Shown: positions 31,908 through 41,608, counted from the stretch's first letter. The stretch: 64,000 nt of DNA from Candidatus Nanopelagicaceae bacterium (GCA_965658705.1 CBFHTP010000001.1:931-64930); one strand, 5' to 3'. Notes: generated by a model from the sequence alone, not told the origin. Program-made: numbers and translations.

Positions 31908-32414
31908 TTAAAGAGCATCATCTTCGAAGGAGTACTTGAACGGAAGCTTTGCCCTGCCCGCCAGATGAAAAATTCGGAAAATCAATTTCGCACGGAGACT
32001 TTTTACTTCCGAAACCGCCTGCAGATGCAATGCGATCCCGACCTTTATTTTCTCGGTGTTGGCCTCTAATCGATCCAACAGGATGTGCTCGATTTCAATC
32101 TCCTTCGTGCTCGCAAAACCTCTCAAGATTTTCAGCGACTCGGATAAGAGCGATTCAGCTTCATTTCGCTCGGCCATACTCGACTCTCGACTCTCGTAGG
32201 CACAAGCTGTTAAAAGCATATTCATAGCGGGATCAAGATCACTTTGATGGGCGATTTCAAGTGCGAGAGCTGCTCGTCGCTGAAGCAGGGCGTCAAGATG
32301 TTCCCAGGAAGTTTCGACCCGATGGTGAAGCCGATCTAAGCGCGTTGCTGAAAACGAAAGGTACCAAGCACCAAAAAGTACAATGATGATGGCGACGAAC
32401 ATCAAACTATTCAT
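31908..32414 (-). CDS. Hypothetical N-terminally membrane-anchored helical protein (weakly LemA-like)
   Basis: 168 aa with one N-terminal TM segment. RLDRLHHRVETSWEHLDALLQRRAALALEI resembles the LemA N-terminal helix pattern. Function unknown. Confidence 0.45.
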   Translation of the reverse strand: MNSLMFVAIIIVLFGAWYLSFSATRLDRLHHRVETSWEHLDALLQRRAALALEIAHQSDLDPAMNMLLTACAYESRESSMAERNEAESLLSESLKILRGFASTKEIEIEHILLDRLEANTEKIKVGIALHLQAVSEVKSLRAKLIFRIFHLAGRAKLPFKYSFEDDAL

Positions 32415-33611
32415 CTATCTACTTCGCTTCCATGGACGATTCTCCGAACCCAGCGAAACCTTGATCCTGCTGGAAACTGCGAATTCATAAACATCGTAAA
32501 TGTCTTCCGCAACTTTTCCCCAGTCATACTTCATGGCAGCAGCATGGCCGGCTGAAGCTAGCGCGCTTCTATGTTCTTGATCTGAGATTAACGCGAGAAT
32601 TTTTCTGGCGAGGTCTGTTGCGTTGCCACATTCAAATAACTCCCCAAATTCACCCCCATTAAGAACGGCATTAAAGGCGGGAATATCACTGGCCAGAATA
32701 GTCGCCTTCGCCGCCATCGCCTCTGTCAGGATAATCCCGAATGACTCGCCGCCAGTATTGGGTGCTACGTATAAAGTTACAGAATGCAGAAAATCACCTT
32801 TCTCTTCTTCAGAGAGACGACCTAAAAATTCGATCTGGTTTGAAAATGAGGAAGCTGATTTGGAGAGATCTTTGAGTGCTTCGTCTTTGTCACCTGGACC
32901 AGCAACAAGTAGTCGTACATTGGGCTTACTGCGCCACACGATCTCCATCGCCGAAATAAGAAGTTGCAAGCCTTTTCGCGGTTCATCGAATCGTCCCAGG
33001 AAGCCAACTGTGTTAGGTCCTTCCCAATCAGAGCGACCTTTTGCATCACGATATTTTTCGATCTTGATCCCATTGGGTATCACGACAGCGTCGGTATCAA
33101 AGTGAGTACGCAGCGTTTCGCGGGCCATTTCACTTACTGCAATTCTCGCTGACAGCTTCTCAAGTACCGGCTCAAGAATGGCTCCGACCGCAACCATCGA
33201 ACGCTGTTTCGGCGCCGAAGTATGAAAGGTTGCAACCATTGGGCCTTCGGCAGTCCAGCAAGCAAGGAGTGAAAGCGATGGAATTTCTGGCTCGTGCAGA
33301 TGAAGCAAATCAAAATCATTCTTTGCGATCCACTGTTTGACACGAGAAGTTGCCAAGGGCCCAAAAAGAACTCGCGCAACCGATCCATTGAATGGGACTC
33401 CAAGTGGTCGCCCAGCTGGCACCAGCCACGATTCAACAATTGCACTTTCATCGGTCACCGGAGCGATGACGCTTACTTCGTGTCCCTGCGAAATGAGATA
33501 TTCGGTCAACTCCTTGATATGAATTTGAACGCCACCTGGAGTGTCCCATCCATAGGGACAGACCATCCCAATTTTTAATGGACGCGATTTACGAGCGAGC
33601 TGATCTGGCAT
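32415..33611 (-). CDS. pimA: GT4 glycosyltransferase, phosphatidylinositol alpha-mannosyltransferase PimA-like
   Basis: 398 aa. LKIGMVCPYGWDTPGGVQIHIKELTEYLISQGHEVSVIAP matches the PimA N-terminus, and a GT-B E(x7)E-type C-terminus is present. Sits in the pgsA-acyltransferase-pimA arrangement as in mycobacteria. Confidence 0.85.
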   Translation of the reverse strand: MPDQLARKSRPLKIGMVCPYGWDTPGGVQIHIKELTEYLISQGHEVSVIAPVTDESAIVESWLVPAGRPLGVPFNGSVARVLFGPLATSRVKQWIAKNDFDLLHLHEPEIPSLSLLACWTAEGPMVATFHTSAPKQRSMVAVGAILEPVLEKLSARIAVSEMARETLRTHFDTDAVVIPNGIKIEKYRDAKGRSDWEGPNTVGFLGRFDEPRKGLQLLISAMEIVWRSKPNVRLLVAGPGDKDEALKDLSKSASSFSNQIEFLGRLSEEEKGDFLHSVTLYVAPNTGGESFGIILTEAMAAKATILASDIPAFNAVLNGGEFGELFECGNATDLARKILALISDQEHRSALASAGHAAAMKYDWGKVAEDIYDVYEFAVSSRIKVSLGSENRPWKRSR

Positions 33612-34499
33612 TTAGCTACGCTCCTTGAAATCGCCATCAACCCAAATTCGCTGCAACATATGCCAATCATCGGTTGCACGCAAGATCTGGTGAGCAAAAA
33701 CATCAGCAGTCTTTTGAACGATTTGTTGAATTTTCAACTCTTGACTGCCTTGATTTGGAACCTCAATTTCTGATCCAAAATAGATATGAATGCCATCTCC
33801 ATCGTATCGAACATATGCCGTAATGAGAGCGGCGCCAGTTTGAATCGCAAGTAACGCCGGCCCAACAGGCATTCGAGCGGGGGCGCCAAAGAATTGAACC
33901 TCTGCACCTGATTTAGAGAGATCACGATCGGCTACCAATGCAACAAGACGGCCCTGACGTAATCTTTGAGCAAGCGTTGCAAGAGATCTGGCACTTGCGT
34001 CCAAAACTTCCATGCCCATCGCTTCGCGATAGGCCAAAAATTTACGGAAGAGTTTCTCTGGCTTCACGTGTTCGGCAACTGTTACTAGCGGTGCGCCAGT
34101 GAAACAGAAATAGGCCCCAGCGTGATCCCAATTGCCCGAGTGAGGAAGAGCGACGATCACTCCTCTGCCAGCGGCGAGCGGCTCACGCAAGAAGTTTTCA
34201 TTCTCAACGACAACTGAAGCTAGAACAGATTCCTTGCTCCACGATGGGAAGCGAAAGGTGTCACACCAATAACGAAAATATGATCGAAGCCCTCGCTGTA
34301 CGAGAACTTCCATTTGATCGACCGAATAATCTGGATGTATTCGTCTGTAATTTGATCGAAGCCGTTTTACAGAGCCGGGATTAGATTTATACATTCGATC
34401 AGCAAGCCAATCGAAGGTTCCATACGCCATTCTGGCCGGAAGTAATTGGGTAATCTTCCAGGCTATTGAATACATGAGATAGGCAAATGTTTCGCTCAT
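33612..34499 (-). CDS. Phosphatidylinositol mannoside acyltransferase (LpxL/HtrB-family lysophospholipid acyltransferase)
   Basis: The preferred start MSETFAYL (ATG 34499) forms an ATGA overlap with the pgsA stop; the track start is 34526. HSGNWD acyltransferase motif. Position between pgsA and pimA. Confidence 0.82.
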   Translation of the reverse strand: MSETFAYLMYSIAWKITQLLPARMAYGTFDWLADRMYKSNPGSVKRLRSNYRRIHPDYSVDQMEVLVQRGLRSYFRYWCDTFRFPSWSKESVLASVVVENENFLREPLAAGRGVIVALPHSGNWDHAGAYFCFTGAPLVTVAEHVKPEKLFRKFLAYREAMGMEVLDASARSLATLAQRLRQGRLVALVADRDLSKSGAEVQFFGAPARMPVGPALLAIQTGAALITAYVRYDGDGIHIYFGSEIEVPNQGSQELKIQQIVQKTADVFAHQILRATDDWHMLQRIWVDGDFKERS

Positions 34500-35092
34500 A
34501 GCTTTGCTGCCCGGTACACAATCCATAATCGCTGGAAAACTGTAATCACTGAAAGAACTGTCACCAGACCAAAACCAATTGGCAGCGCAAAATGAACACC
34601 CAGACCGTGAAGCGCGGTTGTGAGCAAAATTAGAATAAGCCGTTCAGTCCGCTCTGCGATTCCGCCATTGCATTCAATCCCGAGACCTTCCGCTCTCGCC
34701 TTAATATAAGAGATCATTGAACTCAAAATCAGCAAAGTAAGAATCAGCGGCACAAGTGGATCCTGGCTTCTAGAGAGATGGAGAGCGATTGACGCGAGAA
34801 GTGCCGCATCACTGATTCGATCGAGCGTTGAATCCAAAAGTGCGCCCCATTTTGAGCCGCCAGTACTGAGCCGTGCCATCGTTCCATCTAGTAGATCGAA
34901 GAGGACTAAAACGGCGACGATGCAGCTACCCAGAAAATAGTGGCCAGTGCCAAAGAGAATGATCGATGCGACGGTCGACCCAACTCCGCCAATCACGCTT
35001 ACCCAATTCGCGGTGAGGCCAAGCTTGAGTAACCCGCGGCATAACGGCGTAATTATGCGGGTGACAGGCACTCGAATTGAACTCTGCAGCAT
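34496..35092 (-). CDS. pgsA: CDP-alcohol phosphatidyltransferase (phosphatidylinositol phosphate synthase-like)
   Basis: 198 aa and polytopic. The CDP-alcohol motif reads DLLDGTMARL...G..LDSTLDRISD. Confidence 0.88.
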   Translation of the reverse strand: MLQSSIRVPVTRIITPLCRGLLKLGLTANWVSVIGGVGSTVASIILFGTGHYFLGSCIVAVLVLFDLLDGTMARLSTGGSKWGALLDSTLDRISDAALLASIALHLSRSQDPLVPLILTLLILSSMISYIKARAEGLGIECNGGIAERTERLILILLTTALHGLGVHFALPIGFGLVTVLSVITVFQRLWIVYRAAKL

Positions 35093-35129
35093 TGATCACA
35101 TCGTAGAGTTCGTACCTGTGAGTGACCTA

Positions 35130-35690
35130 ATGCCACGCGTGCATATTCTTGGAACCGGTTCGACCGAGTTAGCATCTGCGCTCTCGCTAACCTCTCTCCC
35201 ACTAAAGGAAGCAGATGTGGCCGTTTTTCTGGTCAGCGCGCAAAGTGGAATTGTTCGGGCAGATAGCGACCAATGGTCGCTCGCTCGGGAACTCTATATT
35301 CCGTCGATCGTGGTGATTACCGATCTGAGTGCAGAGAATGAAACCGACTTTGAAGATATGTCGGCCATCGCCTCCAGGATCTTGGACCCAGTTGTTACCC
35401 CATTCCTCGTACTCCATTCTGATAGTGGAACACCCGCTGCACTCATCGACCTGGACTCCTTAATGATCACCGATTACACAACAATGCCAGCCGTGATTAA
35501 AGAAAGTGAAACCGAGCACCGCGATCTCATAGGAGAATTTAGGACTGACTACCTTGATGCAGTGGAAGCAGCTGGCGAAGGAGCATTCGAAAATGGTCTC
35601 TTGTTTCCTGCCATCGCATGGGTTCCTGAATCCGCTCTTGGAATAAACGAAATCAAAAATTATCTACAGCGAATTCCAACCTTCAGCTAG
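35130..35690 (+). CDS. EF-G/EF-Tu-like G-domain remnant with degenerate nucleotide-binding motifs (function unknown)
   Basis: The track ORF starts at 34947 inside pgsA; ATG 35130 (MPRVHILGTGSTELASAL) is the first start clear of pgsA. EADVAVFLVSAQSGIV...YIPSIVVITDLS...LFPAIAWVPESALGINEIKNYLQRIP resembles the translational-GTPase fold. GK[ST], DxxG and NKxD are all absent. Confidence 0.55.
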   Translation: MPRVHILGTGSTELASALSLTSLPLKEADVAVFLVSAQSGIVRADSDQWSLARELYIPSIVVITDLSAENETDFEDMSAIASRILDPVVTPFLVLHSDSGTPAALIDLDSLMITDYTTMPAVIKESETEHRDLIGEFRTDYLDAVEAAGEGAFENGLLFPAIAWVPESALGINEIKNYLQRIPTFS

Positions 35691-36203
35691 TTGTGCTCTA
35701 GTCTGTGACAGCAAAGCAGGGAGCACTTTAGTTTTTCCGATAATCGGCATGAAATTTGAATCGCCAGACCACCTGGGAACCACATGCTGGTGAATATGGT
35801 CGGCAACTCCAGCCCCTGATATTGCGCCTTGATTCATTCCTAGATTAAAACCATTTGCCCGGGAAACTTTACGCAAAACTTTCATTGAAGTAGCCGTTAA
35901 CTCAGATATTTCATCTCGCTCTGCCTTCTCTAATTCAGTGAGATCAGCAACATGACGATTGGCACAGATTAAGATGTGACCTGCGTTATACGGATATAAA
36001 TTCATCACTACATATGCCGTAATGCCACGATGAACGATGAGCCCTTCTTCATCATCCAACTTTGGTACCTGACAAAATGGACACTCGATAGAGTTAGTTG
36101 CAAGAGGTCGATTTTCACCATCCAGGTAGGACATGCGATGTGGCGCCCATAGCCTGGACCAATCATCAGGCATTCCGGCTCCACCAATAACGTTCTCTGA
36201 CAT
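35664..36203 (-). CDS. HIT-family protein (Ap4A phosphorylase/GalT-like branch)
   Basis: 179 aa with the histidine triad HIHQHVVPRW. Position next to thrS/pgsA as in mycobacteria. Confidence 0.85.
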   Translation of the reverse strand: MSENVIGGAGMPDDWSRLWAPHRMSYLDGENRPLATNSIECPFCQVPKLDDEEGLIVHRGITAYVVMNLYPYNAGHILICANRHVADLTELEKAERDEISELTATSMKVLRKVSRANGFNLGMNQGAISGAGVADHIHQHVVPRWSGDSNFMPIIGKTKVLPALLSQTRAQLAEGWNSL

Positions 36204-36215
36204 GGGAATGAGACC

Positions 36216-38213
36216 TTAAACTTGAGTGCGCTCAGAGATTACTTTGAGCACTTCTGAAATCGCTTTATCGACTGGAATTCCATTGCGCTGTTCGCCATTG
36301 CGATATCGGAATGAAACGGATGCTCCGCTCATATCTTCTTCACCCGCGATCATCATGAACGGAATCTTCTCGAGTTGGGCATTACGAATCTTCTTCTGCA
36401 TACGATCATCTGAAGTATCAGTATCAACTCGAATGCCGGCCTTTCGCATCTTGGCGACAACATCTTGCAAATACGGCAAGAACGCATCCGCGACCGGGAT
36501 CGCTCTCACCTGGACCGGCGCAAGCCAAGGTGGGAATGCTCCCGCATAGTGTTCGGTGAGAACGCCAAAGAAGCGTTCAATCGATCCAAAGAGTGCACGG
36601 TGAATCATCACGGGTTGTTGACGGGAGCCGTCGGATGCAGCGAATTCAAGGCTGAAACGTTGCGGAAGTTGGAAGTCGACTTGAATCGTCGACATCTGCC
36701 ACGTTCTTCCAATTGCATCCTTTGCTTGAACCGAAATTTTTGGACCGTAGAAAGCAGCGCCCCCAGGGTCATCGACAAGCTGGAGATTTCGTTTCTCGGC
36801 GACTACGCGAAGGGCATCGGTTGCTGCCTGCCAATCCTCGTCAGAGCCAACTGATTTTTCTGGATTACGGGTAGATAATTCGAGGTAGAAATCTTCAAGC
36901 CCATAGTCTCGAAGTAGATTGAGTACGAAAGTAAGCAGTGAGTCCAGCTCGTCTTGCATCTGATCCTTGGTGCAATAGATGTGCGCATCATCTTGTGTGA
37001 ATCCGCGCGCTCTTGTGATGCCATGAATAACGCCTGATTTTTCATAGCGATAAACAGTTCCAAATTCAAAGAGTCGCAGCGGAAGATCACGATATGACTT
37101 CGCGCTAGATTTATAAATCAAATTGTGGAAGGGGCAGTTCATGGGCTTCATGTAGTACTTCTGGCCTTGCCTGCGGATGGTTCCATCAGCGTGAAGCTCT
37201 TCGTCCATCACCATCGGTGGGTACATTCCCTCTGAATACCAATCTAGATGGCCAGAGGTTTCGAAGAGCGCAGCCTTAGTTAAATGAGGCGAGTAGACGA
37301 ACTGATAATCCTCTTCTTCGTGGCGTTTGCGAGAGTAATCCTCCATCGCCCGACGAATGATTCCGCCCTTAGGGTGAAAGACCGCTAAACCGCTGCCGAT
37401 CTCTTCGGGGAAAGAGAAGAGATCCAATTCAGCGCCCAAACGACGGTGATCGCGTTTCTCTGCTTCCTCTAGCAGGTGGAGATAATTATCAAGGGCTTCT
37501 TGGCTCGGCCATGCAGTTCCATAAATGCGCTGCAACATTGGATTCTTTTCAGATCCTCGCCAGTAGGCACCCGCTGATCGCATCAACTTGAAGGCAGGAA
37601 TCACCTTTGTCGATGGCAAGTGCGGTCCGCGACATAAATCAGACCAAACTGGCTCTCCGTCGCGTCCTAGATTGTCATAAATAGTGAGCTCGGCTCCCCC
37701 GACCTCAACCGATGATTCATCGTCGTGACCAGACTTCAATCCGATCAATTCACATTTGTAGGGCTCATTTTTTAACTCGAGAAGCGCATCTGCTTCAGTT
37801 GTAACCCTGCGACGGAAACGCTGACCAGCTTTGATGATCTTGCGCATCGCTGACTCGAACTTTTCAAGATCTTCTGGTGTAAACGGTTTTAGAGGATCAA
37901 AGTCATAATAGAAACCGTCGGTTATTGGTGGACCAATTCCTAGCTTTGTCTCTGGAAAGACTTCTTGCACAGCCTGCGCTAACACGTGTGCAGCGGAGTG
38001 ACGCAGCACCGCCAGACCATCTACTGAATCGATCGTGATCGATTCGATGACATCTCCGTCGACTACATCGGTCCACAAATCTTTGAGCTGCCCATTTATC
38101 CTGGCGACAACGACTTCAGGCCTATCTGCAAAGAAATGGGTGGGCCTTTGCTCTGCCAAGACTTCCTGGATCACGCCATTTATGGATACTTTGATGAGCG
38201 GCGCATCAGACAT
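36216..38213 (-). CDS. thrS: Threonine--tRNA ligase
   Basis: 665 aa; TGS N-domain, editing HSAAH motif, class II core (FRYE, QDDAH) and anticodon-binding domain. Confidence 0.96.
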   Translation of the reverse strand: MSDAPLIKVSINGVIQEVLAEQRPTHFFADRPEVVVARINGQLKDLWTDVVDGDVIESITIDSVDGLAVLRHSAAHVLAQAVQEVFPETKLGIGPPITDGFYYDFDPLKPFTPEDLEKFESAMRKIIKAGQRFRRRVTTEADALLELKNEPYKCELIGLKSGHDDESSVEVGGAELTIYDNLGRDGEPVWSDLCRGPHLPSTKVIPAFKLMRSAGAYWRGSEKNPMLQRIYGTAWPSQEALDNYLHLLEEAEKRDHRRLGAELDLFSFPEEIGSGLAVFHPKGGIIRRAMEDYSRKRHEEEDYQFVYSPHLTKAALFETSGHLDWYSEGMYPPMVMDEELHADGTIRRQGQKYYMKPMNCPFHNLIYKSSAKSYRDLPLRLFEFGTVYRYEKSGVIHGITRARGFTQDDAHIYCTKDQMQDELDSLLTFVLNLLRDYGLEDFYLELSTRNPEKSVGSDEDWQAATDALRVVAEKRNLQLVDDPGGAAFYGPKISVQAKDAIGRTWQMSTIQVDFQLPQRFSLEFAASDGSRQQPVMIHRALFGSIERFFGVLTEHYAGAFPPWLAPVQVRAIPVADAFLPYLQDVVAKMRKAGIRVDTDTSDDRMQKKIRNAQLEKIPFMMIAGEEDMSGASVSFRYRNGEQRNGIPVDKAISEVLKVISERTQV

Positions 38214-38225
38214 AAGCGCAGGTTA

Positions 38226-38975
38226 TCAAGAATTAGGGTCGAGACGAGCACGATTGGTGAACTCGGCACGGATATTGTCGACAGTCGCTGAAGTTTGAAA
38301 ATTAGCCACATTCAGAACGCGATCAACCAATGAGAACTCCCTCAGGCTTGAGAGGAGATAGAGCCCACTCGCCTTGGATAAATCATTCACAGTGAGAGGC
38401 CGCTCGGATATTTGTGGAAACCATTCCAATGCGAGGGCGCGGACAATCCCAGGTAGCAGTCCACTCGAGATGCTTGGGGTGAAGAGTTGACCATCGATTT
38501 CTAGCAAAATATTGGCCAAGCCTGTTTCAACCAACTCCTCCCGTTCGTTGAGGTAGAGAAAATCATCCGCCCCAAGCTCTCGTGCTTCGCGAATCCCTAC
38601 CGATGCCTCGGTATAGGAGAGCGTTTTGTGGCCAGTAATACGCGATTGCGAGAATTTTCTTGCCGTTGAGATAGCTAAGTTCCACTCAATACGGGGCGAG
38701 ATAGCGTTCTGCGTAATGAAGAATTCACCGTTGGAAAATAAAGTGACGCGCAATCGGCTCATTTCAAGGGGTTCACACTCCTCCGCAATCTGCATTCGAA
38801 GAGCTGATTCGTCATAAGGTAGAAAACGAAGGTCCGCTGCAGACCTCCTCATGCGGGCAAGATGGCGATCAAGAAAATAGATCACTCTTCCTTCACTCTT
38901 CATTGATTCGAATATTCCGTCCGCACGTAGCCAAGGATGTTGTGGGTCATGGAAATTAATCACGATGTCTCCCAT
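38226..38975 (-). CDS. pabC: Class IV aminotransferase-fold protein, probable aminodeoxychorismate lyase
   Basis: 249 aa. Class IV fold motifs are present (FESM..., a GHKTLSY-like region, LLPGIVR). Overlaps pabB by 20 nt. Confidence 0.7.
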   Translation of the reverse strand: MGDIVINFHDPQHPWLRADGIFESMKSEGRVIYFLDRHLARMRRSAADLRFLPYDESALRMQIAEECEPLEMSRLRVTLFSNGEFFITQNAISPRIEWNLAISTARKFSQSRITGHKTLSYTEASVGIREARELGADDFLYLNEREELVETGLANILLEIDGQLFTPSISSGLLPGIVRALALEWFPQISERPLTVNDLSKASGLYLLSSLREFSLVDRVLNVANFQTSATVDNIRAEFTNRARLDPNS

Positions 38976-39942
38976 CTGCGATCGCCATCAAACGGTGCGC
39001 TTTTAATTGGGTCTCATCCCATTCGGTGAGCGCATCGCTCCCCCAAGTAATTCCTGCGCCAGTTCCAAATTTCAACAGATTCTTTTCCTGCCAAAAGGTT
39101 CGAATCCCTACTGCTAAGGAAGCTTTACCACTTTCCACCCAACCAATAATTCCACAGTACGGACCACGAGCACCCTCATTCTTGGCGATCAAAGCCGTGG
39201 CCGAAGATTTTGGCGCACCAGAAATCGAGCCAGCTGGAAGAAGCGCATCTGAAATTTCTTGCCAAGTGGCCCCTTCTTTCAACTGACCGGTGACATCTGA
39301 AACAAGGTGGTAAAGACCAGGATGTTCTTCAGTGGCGAGAAGTCTTGGAGTTTGTACAGAACCAGTAATGCAGACTGATCCCAAATCGTTTCGAATGAGA
39401 TCGACGATCATAATGTTCTCTGCGCGATCCTTATCTGGAAAGGATCCATCCTTCGATGTTCCTTTGATTGGCGAAGAACAAAGACGACCCTTGTCGATAC
39501 TTAAAAAGAGTTCTGGCGATGCACTGGCGATTTCGATTCCCGGCAGTTTTAGGTAAGCAGAATACGGCGCAGGATTATGGGCTAACAACTCTTCAAAGAG
39601 CCCGGCAAGTGAGGCACCATTTTCCTTCGAATAAATCAAACAGGCGTTTGCTTGATAGAGCTCGCCCCATGCTATGGCTTCACGAATCCGTTCCACATAA
39701 TCCATGTATTCGGTTTTTGAGAGCGTTGATTCCCATTTACCATCACTCACAGTCCACGGCTCGCTCTTTGGAAAAGGTAATGACTGCACATCCGCGAATC
39801 TGGCACAGGTCCATCTACCTTCATAATCAATCTGAACCGCCCAGAAACCATCCTGGTTCAGGACCTCGGGATCATGCGAAATTTCAACACAAGTTTGAGC
39901 CAACTTCCCACCCATCCAAAAGATGGAAGCGCCCAGACTCAT
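38956..39942 (-). CDS. pabB: Chorismate-binding enzyme, probable aminodeoxychorismate synthase component I (short form)
   Basis: 328 aa; SPELFL, SPIKGTS, ENIMIVDLIRND, GSISGAPK and GTGAGITWGSD motifs of the TrpE/PabB family. Lacks the usual long N-terminal domain. Confidence 0.78.
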   Translation of the reverse strand: MSLGASIFWMGGKLAQTCVEISHDPEVLNQDGFWAVQIDYEGRWTCARFADVQSLPFPKSEPWTVSDGKWESTLSKTEYMDYVERIREAIAWGELYQANACLIYSKENGASLAGLFEELLAHNPAPYSAYLKLPGIEIASASPELFLSIDKGRLCSSPIKGTSKDGSFPDKDRAENIMIVDLIRNDLGSVCITGSVQTPRLLATEEHPGLYHLVSDVTGQLKEGATWQEISDALLPAGSISGAPKSSATALIAKNEGARGPYCGIIGWVESGKASLAVGIRTFWQEKNLLKFGTGAGITWGSDALTEWDETQLKAHRLMAIADGRHRD

Positions 39943-40026
39943 AACGCAAAAATACCCACTATCCGTGCGTTTGGCTCGGCTTATGTCTATGCGCTAGATT
40001 TCACCCTCTACTTGCGAAAGTAGTAC

Positions 40027-40099
40027 GCGGACGTAGCGCAGTTGGTAGCGCGGAACCTTGCCAAGGTTCAGGTCGCCGGTTCGAACCCGGTCGTCCGCT
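40027..40099 (+). tRNA. tRNA-Gly (anticodon GCC)
   Basis: Manual cloverleaf: acceptor GCGGACG/CGTCCGC, D-arm GCGC-AGTTGGTA-GCGC, anticodon stem GAACC/GGTTC with loop TTGCCAA, T-arm GCCGG-TTCGAAC-CCGGT. No encoded CCA. Confidence 0.9.
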
Positions 40100-40146
40100 C
40101 GCAGTGCAGGTGTCAAAAGTAGTATCGCTAAAAAACCAGCGGGTCT

Positions 40147-40217
40147 GGTCGGGTGACCGAGAGGCGAGGTAGGGGACTGCAACTCCCCGCACACGGGTTC
40201 AAATCCCGTCCCGACCT
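40147..40217 (+). tRNA. tRNA-Cys (anticodon GCA)
   Basis: Manual cloverleaf: acceptor GGTCGGG/CCCGACC, anticodon stem GGGGA/TCCCC with loop CTGCAAC, T-arm ACGGG-TTCAAAT-CCCGT. Confidence 0.88.
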
Positions 40218-40294
40218 CTATAAAACTAGAAAGCTAGACACCAAAAGCGCGGCGACACTTCAACACTGAATTCTGAAATCACTAACCTTGACCT

Positions 40295-41206
40295 ATGGCT
40301 ACCCTTGCGTTGGATATCGGTGCCACCAAGATTGCAACAGCGCTGCTCACCGAAGATCTCTCTCCCATCACTAAATTCGAATGCACGATCTCCGATTCCC
40401 CGGATCCTTGGGCGAAGTACTCCGCCCAACTTTCAGAGATGCTAGCCACTCACTCGGCTACTCAGATTGACTTGGTGGGCATCGCTTCGGCCGGTCCGAT
40501 TAATACCACCGCCGGCACAATCAGCCCAGTTAATATTCCAAGCTGGCGAGAGTTCAACATTGTGCAATCGCTACGGACTCTCGTCCCTGCACATTCATTT
40601 CTACTCCAAGATGCAGTAGCCCTGACTATTGCCGAACATGACCGCGGCGCAGCACAAGGAATTGAAAACTTTTTAGGCATGGTAGTTTCTACCGGCATCG
40701 GTGGCGGCTTGTTTATCAACGGGCAAGCACACTATGGCGACACTGGGAATGCTGGATATTTTGGACACCATGTCATTGAAATGGGCGCATCCCAATGCGC
40801 ATGCGGACGCAGTGGTTGCACCGAACGATTTGCTAGTGGCACCTCGATGGTGCGCACCGCCCATGAATCAGGGTGGATTGGCGTAGATTTTCAAGAGTTG
40901 GCACAAAGCGCAACAGCTGGCGACAAGGTCGCCATAGCGGCAATCGATGCCGGAACAAAGGCCCTGGCAATCTCCTTCGTAAATCTGGCAGCCATCCTTG
41001 ATCTCAATCTGATTGTTGTCGGAGGCGGCGTCTCACAAGCTGGAGAGATCTATTGGGGACCACTTCGAAGACACTTAGACATTGAGAAAGCAAAGGTCCC
41101 GTTTCTGAAAGACCTCACCCTCAAGCCATCGCTGCTGGCGCGCGATGCAGGGCTGATTGGCGCAGCGATCGCGGCAAAATCACACTTCGACAGTAAACTC
41201 ACCTGA
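40295..41206 (+). CDS. ROK-family sugar kinase (glucokinase-like)
   Basis: 303 aa; LALDIGATKIA N-terminal ATPase motif, GHH...CACGRSGCTE zinc motif and a GGGVS C-terminal motif. Confidence 0.85.
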   Translation: MATLALDIGATKIATALLTEDLSPITKFECTISDSPDPWAKYSAQLSEMLATHSATQIDLVGIASAGPINTTAGTISPVNIPSWREFNIVQSLRTLVPAHSFLLQDAVALTIAEHDRGAAQGIENFLGMVVSTGIGGGLFINGQAHYGDTGNAGYFGHHVIEMGASQCACGRSGCTERFASGTSMVRTAHESGWIGVDFQELAQSATAGDKVAIAAIDAGTKALAISFVNLAAILDLNLIVVGGGVSQAGEIYWGPLRRHLDIEKAKVPFLKDLTLKPSLLARDAGLIGAAIAAKSHFDSKLT

Positions 41207-41556
41207 TGGAAGAGAGTCTGGAATTTTCGACTCGGCCTTGGGGTCGTTATCAAGTCCTACAAGAATCACAGGGCTTCAAAGTAAAATGCATCTGGGTAAA
41301 GCCAGGTCAGCGGCTCTCCTATCAGCGACACAAATTTCGTGCTGAACATTGGTTCTTCACCCAAGGAACTGGCGTGCTCACACTCAATGGCGTGGAATCC
41401 AAAGTTCAATCTGGCTCCTTCGTAGAGTTCGGAGTTGGAGATCTTCATCGGGTAGCCAATACCGGCAACGAAGATCTTATTTTTATCGAGGTCCAAACTG
41501 GCAGCTACTTCGGAGAAGACGATATCGAGCGGATCGAAGATGACTACGCTCGCTAA
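41206..41556 (+). CDS. Cupin-domain protein, type II mannose-6-phosphate isomerase-like
   Basis: 116 aa. RPWGRYQVL...KPGQRLSYQRHKFRAEHWFFTQG...HRVANTG matches the ManC C-terminal cupin module. TGATG overlap with the ROK gene. Confidence 0.8.
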   Translation: MEESLEFSTRPWGRYQVLQESQGFKVKCIWVKPGQRLSYQRHKFRAEHWFFTQGTGVLTLNGVESKVQSGSFVEFGVGDLHRVANTGNEDLIFIEVQTGSYFGEDDIERIEDDYAR

Positions 41557-41608
41557 TCGAGCGTCGGCTATCTGCCTTTTCTCGTGTAGCATTCAACCTT
41601 CAAGACTC

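Noticed and set aside
40008-40023. Hairpin CTACTT-GCGA-AAGTAG just upstream of tRNA-Gly
   Set aside because: It is only 6 bp with a GNRA loop and no U-tract, so it could easily occur by chance or be part of the tRNA precursor. This is insufficient to call a feature.
39994-40194. 60-66-aa minus-strand ORFs (39994-40194, 40001-40192) and the ORF 41639-41821
   Set aside because: They overlap the tRNA-Gly/Cys and tRNA-Val genes, so they are artefacts of the ORF scan.
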